Source: Candidatus Altiarchaeota archaeon
GTDB taxonomy: Archaea > Altiarchaeota > Altiarchaeia > IMC4 > SCGC-AAA252-I15
Direction: 5' to 3'
Assembly: GCA_043800255.1 (NCBI GenBank)
Contig: JAZDNF010000013.1
Span: forward strand, 64,001-128,000
DNA length: 64,000 bases
The first letter of the stretch is position 1; each line of letters opens with the position of its first letter. The notes beneath the pieces are model-generated. The model saw only the letters and a program-made list of their open reading frames with translations, did not search any database and was not told the DNA's origin. The position numbers and the translations under genes are program-made. Below, in pieces: positions 9,294-17,830 of this stretch.

Positions 9294-10607
9294 CTAGGCA
9301 GGTATGTCCATATCAGGATAGGCTTCCTCACCATGCTGTGTAAGGTCTAATCCTAGTATTTCCTCCTCTCTTCTAACGCGCAGCCCAATCGAATAGTCAA
9401 TTACCTTCAGGATGACGACTGTCACCGTCAAAGCGTAAACAACCGTTGCTAACACCCCTATTGCTTGAGCGATGAGAAGCGAGGCATTGCCTGCCAGCAA
9501 CCCATCAGCGCCGTTCGGGTTTATCACAGACTGCGCGAAAACGCCTGTCAGCAGGGCGCCCATTATCCCACCCGCCCCATGGCATGCCATCACATCAAGC
9601 GCGTCATCTATCCTGGTTCTCGTCTTCATGAACACGATGAACGTATAGCATACCGCACCAGCAGCAGCGCCTATTACTATAGCAGCCAGCGGGCTTACGA
9701 AACCTGATGCAGGAGTTATAGCCACCAGACCGCATACTGCGCCAGTGGCTATGCCCAATGTGCTCGGCTTTTTGACGTGAATCCAGCTTACGATCATCCA
9801 TGAGATTGCTGCGGCAGCTGCCGCCGTGTTTGTCACAACAAACGCCTGCGCAGCTAAGCCGTCGGCTGCCAGTGCGCTTCCAGCGTTGAACCCAAACCAT
9901 CCGAACCACAGCAATGCCGCGCCGAGCACGGTCATGGTAATGTTGTGCGGTCTTATTTCACTTCCAGAGTTGAGTCCGATTCTCGGCCCTATTATCAGCG
10001 CAGCCGCTAGCGCCGATATTCCTGCGGATATGTGCACAACAGTCCCGCCCGCAAAGTCTAACGCCCCAAGCGTGCCAAGCCAGCCGCCGCCCCACACCCA
10101 GTGGGCTATTGGATCGTAGACTAGCGTCGTCCACAGTAGAACGAAGATTAGGAACGACGAGAATTTCATCCTGTCCGCAAATGCTCCTATTATCAGGGCA
10201 GGTGTTATGATCGCGAACATCGCCTGGAATATCATAAACACGAGATGCGGTACCGTAGGCCCATAATCAGGACTTGGTAGCATCCCAACGCCATTCAGGC
10301 CGGCCATGCTGAGGTCTCCGATAAGGCCTCCGACATCAGGCCCGAATGACAGTGAGTAACCGATTAGAATCCACTGTATGCTGACCAATGCTATTATGAT
10401 AAAACTTTGCGTGATTATCGCGAGAACGTTTTTCCCCCGTACCATTCCTCCATAGAAGAATCCTACGGCAGGGGTCATCACCAGAACAAGTGCTGCTGAT
10501 ATTAGGACCCATGCAGTATCGCCAGAGTCAATCTCCTCTGCGCTGGCTGATGTGGCCAGGAGGATGAGAGTCACCATTAACAGCGTAACATTAGTGGGCG
10601 GCTTCAT
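9294..10607 (-). CDS. amtB: Ammonium transporter
   Basis: DTAWVL, FQAMFA, DFAGGTVVH, WFGWFGFNAGS; GAGGTG ribosome-binding site upstream. Confidence 0.97.
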   Translation of the reverse strand: MKPPTNVTLLMVTLILLATSASAEEIDSGDTAWVLISAALVLVMTPAVGFFYGGMVRGKNVLAIITQSFIIIALVSIQWILIGYSLSFGPDVGGLIGDLSMAGLNGVGMLPSPDYGPTVPHLVFMIFQAMFAIITPALIIGAFADRMKFSSFLIFVLLWTTLVYDPIAHWVWGGGWLGTLGALDFAGGTVVHISAGISALAAALIIGPRIGLNSGSEIRPHNITMTVLGAALLWFGWFGFNAGSALAADGLAAQAFVVTNTAAAAAAISWMIVSWIHVKKPSTLGIATGAVCGLVAITPASGFVSPLAAIVIGAAAGAVCYTFIVFMKTRTRIDDALDVMACHGAGGIMGALLTGVFAQSVINPNGADGLLAGNASLLIAQAIGVLATVVYALTVTVVILKVIDYSIGLRVRREEEILGLDLTQHGEEAYPDMDIPA

Positions 10608-10702
10608 TCTTGCACCTCGGTTCTTTTACTACCAGTAGTATGTCTTCCGTTCCCCCCATTAGGATGGTTATTTTCATGTTACGGTCTCCGATGCCATGCC
10701 TA

Positions 10703-10755
10703 TCACTTAGTGAGATGTTCATCTTACATTAATATTAATGCATAAGTTATATAAA
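10703..10755 (-). promoter_or_regulatory. Putative amtB promoter (TTTATATAA) followed by overlapping palindromes
   Basis: TATA at 10747-10755; CATTAATATTAATG perfect palindrome at 10727-10740; GTGAGATG-TT-CATCTTAC at 10710-10727. Confidence 0.45.
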
Positions 10756-10915
10756 TAGTTTGTGTTTTTTTGATGAGATTAGCATTAAAAATATGAGTTT
10801 TTTATAAAATTTGATAAAATTACGGGTATTATTGCCTAGGATGGCCTATAGATGCCATTTTTTGAAGATTTGCCATAATTTTCTATTTTTATTAGAGAAA
10901 TGCACATATTTTCAC

Positions 10916-11365
10916 ATGGCCAAGTTCGATGACCTGGACATCAAGATAATACGAGAATTGAAATGGGACTCCAGGCAAAGCTACAGGGACATCGCCAGAA
11001 AACTCGAAGTCGCTGAGGGAACAGTATACAACAGGATAAACAAGATGCGGGAGGGCGACCTCATAAAAGGCTTCATGGTCGACATAGACTACTCCAAACT
11101 AGGATACGACCTGACGGCGCTGATAGGCATAACAACTGAAGGCGGCTCCCTCCAGGAGGTCGAACAGGAGATCTCGAAAGAGCCCAGCATAAGCGCACTC
11201 TATGACGTCACGGGAGAATATGACGCACTGCTTGTCGCGAAGTTCAAGGACAGGGAAGGCCTGAACAATCTCGTGAAGAAGCTCCTGGCAATGCCTGAGA
11301 TAAAGAGGACCTACACGATGGTCGTCCTCAACGTCGTCAAAGAAGAGCACGGCATCAACGTATGA
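10916..11365 (+). CDS. Lrp/AsnC family transcriptional regulator
   Basis: DDLDIKII...SYRDIARKL...GTVYNRI HTH; YDVTGEYD RAM domain; ATG at 10916 preferred over the upstream TTG. Confidence 0.93.
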   Translation: MAKFDDLDIKIIRELKWDSRQSYRDIARKLEVAEGTVYNRINKMREGDLIKGFMVDIDYSKLGYDLTALIGITTEGGSLQEVEQEISKEPSISALYDVTGEYDALLVAKFKDREGLNNLVKKLLAMPEIKRTYTMVVLNVVKEEHGINV

Positions 11366-12319
11366 TCATCCCATAATCTTCTCGAAAACCCTTATGCAGT
11401 CTGCCTGATCCAACGCAGACATCCTGAGCGGGGCGTAATCCTTCAGCTGATCGAAAATTTTTTCCAGGACATCAACGCCAACAGCATCCGTCTTGTTGAC
11501 GCACACAAAAATCTTCTGCTCGAACGTCTTCTGAACCTCGATCAGAAGTGAAATCTGCTGCCCGACATTCTCCGTCGGGTCCAGGATGAACAGGATGACG
11601 TCAGCAAGCTCGCCTATGGCGAGCAGAGCCTCCTGCTCGATCTTGTTCCGCTCAGCCATCGGCCGGTCAAGAAGCCCGGGCAGGTCGATCAGCTGCACGT
11701 TCTTGTACTTGATGTTCCTGTAGCCCATCTGGATTCTCTTCGTCGTGAACGGATACGAGTCGATCTCGACCTTCGAGCCGGTGAGGTTGCGCAAGAACGT
11801 CGACTTCCCCACATTGGGGTAGCCTGCGATGACCAGCGTCGGGAAATCCTTCACGACCGGGAAATCCTGCAGTATGCCCTTAATCTCTATCAGAGTGTCA
11901 AGGTCAGGCCCTATCTGCTTCACGAAAGAGGAGACCCTCCCCAAAAAACGCTTCGATGGAGCGCTATCACCCGTTTTTCGCAGTTCCCTGAGGGATGTGT
12001 TCGTCAGCCGCTTCAGACTCGTCGAACACCACTGGACAGCCCCGAGAGATTTTTTGAAAACATCCTTGTTCACTTTGATGTCAAGCAGCCGCTGATAGAA
12101 TGTGTCAAGCCGCTCATAGGATGGGAAATTCTTAACTATCGCGTCCAAGTCGGAGCAGATTATTTTTTCAACAGTCCTTACCCGCTCCTCCTCGGCCCTC
12201 TGCTCTTTGAACCTTTTTTTCTTTCCTGCTGATATTTTTTTCTTGTGCTCTTTCGAACCTTTGCGAAAAGATTTTTCAATCAGCTCGTCAGAAGTCGGAA
12301 TGTAGGGGAGTTTAAACAT
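11366..12319 (-). CDS. NOG1-family GTP-binding protein
   Basis: AGYPNVGKS, YPFTTK, DLPGLLDRP...RN.IE, NKTD. Confidence 0.92.
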   Translation of the reverse strand: MFKLPYIPTSDELIEKSFRKGSKEHKKKISAGKKKRFKEQRAEEERVRTVEKIICSDLDAIVKNFPSYERLDTFYQRLLDIKVNKDVFKKSLGAVQWCSTSLKRLTNTSLRELRKTGDSAPSKRFLGRVSSFVKQIGPDLDTLIEIKGILQDFPVVKDFPTLVIAGYPNVGKSTFLRNLTGSKVEIDSYPFTTKRIQMGYRNIKYKNVQLIDLPGLLDRPMAERNKIEQEALLAIGELADVILFILDPTENVGQQISLLIEVQKTFEQKIFVCVNKTDAVGVDVLEKIFDQLKDYAPLRMSALDQADCIRVFEKIMG

Positions 12320-12353
12320 TTTTATAATAATGAATTCAATTTATTAGCATAAA

Positions 12354-12452
12354 ATGGCTGCAAAAAAGAAAAAGGCCAAGAAAAAGGCTGTGAAGAGAAA
12401 GGCTAAGAAGAAAGTTAAGAGGACGGCCAAGAAGAAAAAGAGGAGGAGATAA
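12354..12452 (+). CDS. 32-aa Lys/Arg/Ala-rich basic peptide (not in the ORF track)
   Basis: MAAKKKKAKKKAVKRKAKKKVKRTAKKKKRRR*; TTTATAA at about 12321 upstream, pyrimidine/T tract downstream. Confidence 0.7.
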   Translation: MAAKKKKAKKKAVKRKAKKKVKRTAKKKKRRR

Positions 12453-12460
12453 AAAAACAT

Positions 12461-12490
12461 CTCTTCTTTTTTTACCCTTCTCTTTCCCGA
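12461..12490 (+). terminator. Archaeal oligo-T / pyrimidine-rich terminator candidate
   Basis: CTCTTCTTTTTTTACCCTTCTCTTTCCC just after the basic peptide stop. Confidence 0.45.
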
Positions 12491-12529
12491 AAATTCTTTA
12501 TTTTTCAGTGCAGCATCCAATATTTTCTC

Positions 12530-13615
12530 ATGGAATCTATTGTCGCCATCTCAGACTCGCATCTCGGCTACCGCCACAGGTTCAAACTCAAGCGCCTGAA
12601 AGACTATGAGAAGGCGTTCAACGAGGCGCTCGCCAAGGCGCTCGACATCAAACCGGCTGTTATCGTCTTCTGCGGCGACCTCCTCCACCACACCAGGCCT
12701 GACCCCAAGAGCATGCGCATCCTGCTGCAGAACCTCATAAAGGCCGCTGAGAGTGCGCAAGTCGTCGTCTGCATCGGAAACCACGAGATAGCAGGCCACC
12801 TCGGGACAGCCTATTCTCCCATGTTCTCAGACCTTCACAGGAACATCCACGTCCTGACCTCGGAGAACCCCCACATCACGCTAACAGTCGATGGGAAGCA
12901 GATAGGCTTCCACGGCTTCCAGTACCTCAGGAGCAGGGAATCCGCGGAGGGCATGCTCGAGAGGATATCTACTCAGGTCTCCGGGAACGACTACAACATA
13001 TTATGCCTGCACCAGGCCGTTGAGAAGTACCTGAACCCCCATGAGATTTCCCTCAGGGTTCTGCGGGAGGTCGCGCCAAAGTATAATCTGATCCTGTTAG
13101 GCCACGTGCACAAGCACCAGAAGGTCGGCGAAGTCTTTGACATCACCCCAACATACTATGTCGGCTCTACTGAGAGAATAAGCTTCAACGAATGGCAGAA
13201 CCAGAACGGCTTCATGGTCTTCAGAGAGTATAAGTTCGGCGAACCGGATTTCGTAAGCGTGTCATCAGCTTCCATCAAGAGGATCACAGCAGACTTGGGC
13301 GAGACAACCCCGAGCGAGATCAACAACTTCATCGACAGGAGCATAAACGATAGCAAAGGCGTCGATCTCCTGCAGATCAACATCAGTTCGAAAATGGCGG
13401 GGGACTTCTTCGACGTCAGGCAGGACTGGAGCGACTCCTACACCGACTTCACGGTATTGGACGTGAACATACAACCTTCTGGCGCGGACAGACGAGTCGA
13501 CTTCCAGAAGCTGCAGATAAACGAAGAGCTCATAAGAGAATACTTCAAGCAGACAGGCATGGAAGGGCAGAACGAGCTCCTAGAAACCTGCATGGAGCTG
13601 TACAGCGAGATTTAA
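12530..13615 (+). CDS. mre11: Mre11/SbcD-like metallophosphoesterase nuclease
   Basis: DSHLG, GDLLH, GNHE, LHQ, GHVH motifs; YVGSTERISFNE. Confidence 0.8.
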   Translation: MESIVAISDSHLGYRHRFKLKRLKDYEKAFNEALAKALDIKPAVIVFCGDLLHHTRPDPKSMRILLQNLIKAAESAQVVVCIGNHEIAGHLGTAYSPMFSDLHRNIHVLTSENPHITLTVDGKQIGFHGFQYLRSRESAEGMLERISTQVSGNDYNILCLHQAVEKYLNPHEISLRVLREVAPKYNLILLGHVHKHQKVGEVFDITPTYYVGSTERISFNEWQNQNGFMVFREYKFGEPDFVSVSSASIKRITADLGETTPSEINNFIDRSINDSKGVDLLQINISSKMAGDFFDVRQDWSDSYTDFTVLDVNIQPSGADRRVDFQKLQINEELIREYFKQTGMEGQNELLETCMELYSEI

Positions 13616-13654
13616 ACGCCGTTATTTAATTCAGAACATTGTATAGTTTATACC

Positions 13655-16600
13655 ATGTCTAAGGTCACTGAAAAGGATCTAGCAAACGAGAGGCAGAGAT
13701 TAACCGACGTTCTTAGAAAAATCGCCTTGAAAGCAGACATGCCCATAAAGAAGGCCCTTGACGTAAAATACCCTGACCCTGAGGTAGGCACCCTGAACTA
13801 CGCCCTCGCTAGGTCTAAAATCGTCCCGACAAAGGATGTCTGCCCCCACGAGGAGACAATCGAGGCGGCAGTTTGGAGCATACGAAATATGATGGTGAGG
13901 ACGGAATCGTCTGACAAACCAATCATCGTTACAAGCAAACGCAAGAACGGCGAGACCATAAAAGATCCCAAGACAGGGAGAACAAAGTACGTAATATTAG
14001 ACGGCATGCACCGATCTGATGCTATGAAGAGAACAGGATGCGAAGACAGTCTCGTGTTTGATATCGACTATGAGAGGGAGGCTGAACTGCATGGCTGGGA
14101 TGAGATAGTAGAGAAAAGCAAACAGAATTCGGGTGTGAGCATATTGAATGTGGTAAAGGATACTGTAGAGACTATGAACAGGGATTCGGATCGAAAATTC
14201 AAAGTTGTCGAAGGCGATGACGATATTAAAACTCTTCACAAGCTGATGGATCCCAAGAGAGGGATGATTGCATTCGGAGTAATCGATGATAAGGGCAGGT
14301 CATATAAGGTGACATACAAGGACGACTCTGAGCTTGCTCTTAAGGATATTGTCAAGGTGATGAACTTATTTGACGAAAAACTTCGTGAGAAACTGGAGTC
14401 TGTGGATGACAACCCTAATGAGACGGTAAGGTTCTTCGGAGATGACAAGTCTGCAGACGAATTTAAGAAAAACAAAAGTCTTGCGCTTATCACAAGGCCG
14501 AGATTCTCCAAGGAAGAGGTCGTTGAGATGGCGCTCAAGGGGGAGAAGGTTCCGATGAAGACCACGAGGCACATATTCAAAATGCGGCCCCATATTAGAG
14601 TCCCACTGAAGCTTTTGCAGGATAAGTCAGTGCCCTATGCCGCAAAAACAAGACAACTTCACGAAGCCATGGAGAACGCCAGATATAGGTACTATCCTGA
14701 GGGTATCCTAGACTTTGCAGACATTGACGGAAAACTAGATGTTTCCGACAAGTACCTTGGCAAGGAGGAGATGGAACGTAAAAGACAGGAGCTTTTAGAT
14801 GACCGCAACAGGGACTGGGCTAAAGAGTTTAAGCAAACCCATGAGTACAGGGTCGCAGGTTCCACAAAGGACGTCTACCACAGGAGCCCGGAATTCCAAG
14901 AACTCTACAAGAGCGTTGAGGGGGGGATAAAATGGCTCCTAAATCCAAAGTGGTATACAACGCAGGATAAATCCCAGGCTTTCATAATCAACGCTGAAAC
15001 AACAGTAGCAATGGGGCGGGCCGCATTGTACAGCCTTAGTGAAGGAGAGAGGATTCTCCACATAGATGCAGGCACTTTTGGAAAGAGATGGCACAATGAG
15101 ATCAATAATGAATCAAAGATTAGATCAAATGTATTTGAGATCATACCAGGAACCAAGATAACAGAAGAGATCTTAGCTAATTTAAAAAAGGAGATTAAAG
15201 ACGGGGGATATAGTGCCGTTACAGCCGTGCACAATGAGACATCAACTGGGATGGAGCTTCCCATAAGCACGTTCTCAAAGGTCATAAAGGAGGTCGAAAA
15301 GGAAACAGGCAGGGAGATACTATTTTTGGTAGACGCTGCAAGCTCCCTTGGAGGGATGCCAATACCTAATGTTGAGGATATAGATGTCTTGATTAGCGGC
15401 ATCGAAAAATGCTTCCAATGCAACGCTGGATTATCGCTTATAGTCATGAGGTCGAGAGCGCTTGAGAAAGCTAAGAAGTCGATATTGTATAAGGGCGGGA
15501 CTGGTTTCGAAAGATTGAAGGAATATGCGGACAAAAACCAGACGGTTGGGACTCCAGAATACACTCAGATTAAGCAACTCCACGAGGTACTGTGTGAGAT
15601 AGGAGGGTACATATCACTTGATGGTAGATACTATCCTGGAGAGGGAGTAGAAAAAAGATATGAACGCATTAAGGACTTGGCTAGGGTAACAGAAGAGTGG
15701 GCTGAAAAGAGCGGCTTCGGCTTGTTCGCTCCGGAAGGGTTTAGATCATCAACAGTCACCACAATAACAACAGCCGGTATGAACGTCTCACCAGAGATTG
15801 TAAAAGATAGGATAAAAGCTAACTTTGGTATTGAACTTTCCCCAGGCCATAGGGAATTAAAAGAAAAGGAGCAAAAAATTGATCTGTTGAGGGTAACGCA
15901 TTTTGGCGCTAAAGGATTGCCTGAGCTTGTGGATAAGGAACTTAATTTAATTTCGATTGTAGTAAAGGATGAGATAAGGCAGAAGGCTGCCAGGGGCGAG
16001 GTTATTGGGGAAGACGCTGCCAGTAAGATAGGGAAGCTTGATGCTGGAATCAAATTCCTTATGGATCTTAGAATACGTAGAGGGAGCAGCAACATTACGC
16101 TAAGTAGACGGCAGGAAGTAGATAATATGCGTTTTGAGAAGAAATCAGAGGCTGAAAATCTAGGGCTCAATCCAAATATTTTCTCGAGGGATGGGTGGCC
16201 GCTAGTGACAGCTGGGGTAAACTTGGACCGACTAAACGAGAAGGATAAGGAACGTATCTCCTATCATTCCGATTTGCTGATACAATTAGGAGCGAAGACC
16301 GCCGCAATCGGGGCAGACCCGAAAGTCCTATTCGAGGAAAGTTTTCACAGGCTTGGCGAAGTCATAAGCTTGGATAATCCAGAAAATTTTGAACTCGCCT
16401 GTGATATCGGATTAAAAGCAGTTGCTGCAGGCGTAGATCCAAACAAGATATTTACGTATGCACATGATCTCAAGGGGATCATAGACCACGATAGAGGTGG
16501 GTTGAAGACTGCCATCCATCAGTTGATTGTCATGGCGTCAAGCGTTGTCGGAAAATTTGAACTCGATGACGTGTATTCGGCATCTGTGATGGGAATGAGA

Positions 16601-17830
16601 GATCACATAAAGGATGTTGATGACCTTCAGGTGGTATGGGGCATCGTGAAAAAATCGGCTGAATCCAATTTGAACCCAACTGATGTCTTCAAGCACATCT
16701 CTGGAGTAAGTACTGACGTCTGGAAGAAGAAAGAGTTGACAGATGTGTCGGATAGCATAATCGAATGCCATAAGATTGGGAGTCGAGTTGGAATAGACGT
16801 GCACCGACTTCTGGAGTCAGAAATAATTCCGGCAGGAATCCATAAGAGTGCGTCTGCATTATCTGAGACCTTCTCGGCGTTGTCAACAGTCTTACAATCA
16901 GAGGAGAGATACGGACTACCGCCCCGAATATTAATTGAAAATGCATTACCAGCCATGTCACACATTATAGCAAAAGACCCTGAGAAATTTGTAAAAGTTG
17001 TTAAATTAGTCGATAAATTCGGACAAGACATAAAAACCGGAGGTCATGACATAAATCGTGCCATGAGAAAGCAGGAGGGGGGCTTGCTCGGCTGTCTGGA
17101 CACCGTAGGAAGTGTCGAAAATTTTAGTGAATTACTCGACCTGTATCGTCTGACGCTTGACAATGGCAAACGGCCGAAAGATTGGATTTCACACTTCTCA
17201 GAAATCAAAGAAACTCTTACAACGGAAGAAGACATGGGTAAGATACTCAAACTGGGAAATAAGGCGACAGCAGCAGGACATGACCCTGCAGGACTGTTCA
17301 AGGAGCTGTCAAAGTTAAGGAAATTCCTCTCGGATAGTAGTAGCATAGACTTATGCGTTGATTACGGCAATGCAGCGATAGAGTCGGGGAATAATCCAAG
17401 CGCATCATTTAATACAATCTTCCAGATGAGAGGAATCGCAAAAAGCGGCGACCATTTCAACAGCTTATTAGTCTCTGGGGGGGAGATGTACCGGGGGGGC
17501 ATTCCCGTGGACCTTATCATGCGCTTCGGCCTAGACAAACTATCGGATATAGTGAGAGAAGCAGACGACATTATGGACATAAACGCTGAATTGAGCGGCA
17601 TATACTCCAAGGTCCATGCTGTGGGAGCCGATGCAGACGGCGTGTTCAAGGACAAATTCCAGAAGATTACGAATTTGATTATAGATGTTGACGGCCTCCG
17701 TATGCTGAACAGGGAATTTGCTAAGAGGTCCTCACCATCAGAGATAGAGAGACTGTTCACAGATATTCGCAGAGTAAAGATGGAGTATATGGGAGTGGAC
17801 AACATAAAAGACATCCTGAGGAACATCTAG
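13655..17830 (+). CDS. 1391-aa fusion: SerK-like ParB-fold kinase + class V PLP aminotransferase + helical repeat domain
   Basis: PHEE, LDGMHR, SKEEVVEMALKGE..PMKTTRH (SerK); HRSPEF, HNETSTG, VDAASSLGG, SGIEK (class V); C-terminal G-x-[DN]-P repeats. Confidence 0.8.
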   Translation: MSKVTEKDLANERQRLTDVLRKIALKADMPIKKALDVKYPDPEVGTLNYALARSKIVPTKDVCPHEETIEAAVWSIRNMMVRTESSDKPIIVTSKRKNGETIKDPKTGRTKYVILDGMHRSDAMKRTGCEDSLVFDIDYEREAELHGWDEIVEKSKQNSGVSILNVVKDTVETMNRDSDRKFKVVEGDDDIKTLHKLMDPKRGMIAFGVIDDKGRSYKVTYKDDSELALKDIVKVMNLFDEKLREKLESVDDNPNETVRFFGDDKSADEFKKNKSLALITRPRFSKEEVVEMALKGEKVPMKTTRHIFKMRPHIRVPLKLLQDKSVPYAAKTRQLHEAMENARYRYYPEGILDFADIDGKLDVSDKYLGKEEMERKRQELLDDRNRDWAKEFKQTHEYRVAGSTKDVYHRSPEFQELYKSVEGGIKWLLNPKWYTTQDKSQAFIINAETTVAMGRAALYSLSEGERILHIDAGTFGKRWHNEINNESKIRSNVFEIIPGTKITEEILANLKKEIKDGGYSAVTAVHNETSTGMELPISTFSKVIKEVEKETGREILFLVDAASSLGGMPIPNVEDIDVLISGIEKCFQCNAGLSLIVMRSRALEKAKKSILYKGGTGFERLKEYADKNQTVGTPEYTQIKQLHEVLCEIGGYISLDGRYYPGEGVEKRYERIKDLARVTEEWAEKSGFGLFAPEGFRSSTVTTITTAGMNVSPEIVKDRIKANFGIELSPGHRELKEKEQKIDLLRVTHFGAKGLPELVDKELNLISIVVKDEIRQKAARGEVIGEDAASKIGKLDAGIKFLMDLRIRRGSSNITLSRRQEVDNMRFEKKSEAENLGLNPNIFSRDGWPLVTAGVNLDRLNEKDKERISYHSDLLIQLGAKTAAIGADPKVLFEESFHRLGEVISLDNPENFELACDIGLKAVAAGVDPNKIFTYAHDLKGIIDHDRGGLKTAIHQLIVMASSVVGKFELDDVYSASVMGMRDHIKDVDDLQVVWGIVKKSAESNLNPTDVFKHISGVSTDVWKKKELTDVSDSIIECHKIGSRVGIDVHRLLESEIIPAGIHKSASALSETFSALSTVLQSEERYGLPPRILIENALPAMSHIIAKDPEKFVKVVKLVDKFGQDIKTGGHDINRAMRKQEGGLLGCLDTVGSVENFSELLDLYRLTLDNGKRPKDWISHFSEIKETLTTEEDMGKILKLGNKATAAGHDPAGLFKELSKLRKFLSDSSSIDLCVDYGNAAIESGNNPSASFNTIFQMRGIAKSGDHFNSLLVSGGEMYRGGIPVDLIMRFGLDKLSDIVREADDIMDINAELSGIYSKVHAVGADADGVFKDKFQKITNLIIDVDGLRMLNREFAKRSSPSEIERLFTDIRRVKMEYMGVDNIKDILRNI

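Noticed and set aside
10590-10700. Short upstream ORFs in the amtB leader
   Set aside because: No informative composition or conservation evidence; they could arise by chance.
12530-17830. Nuclease + ParB-like + class V PLP domain read as a Dnd-type phosphorothioation or defence system
   Set aside because: The PLP domain lacks the desulfurase catalytic Cys loop (SxGSAC or RxGxHC). The ParB-fold part has SerK-specific motifs rather than a DndB DGQHR context, and there are no DndC/D-like genes.
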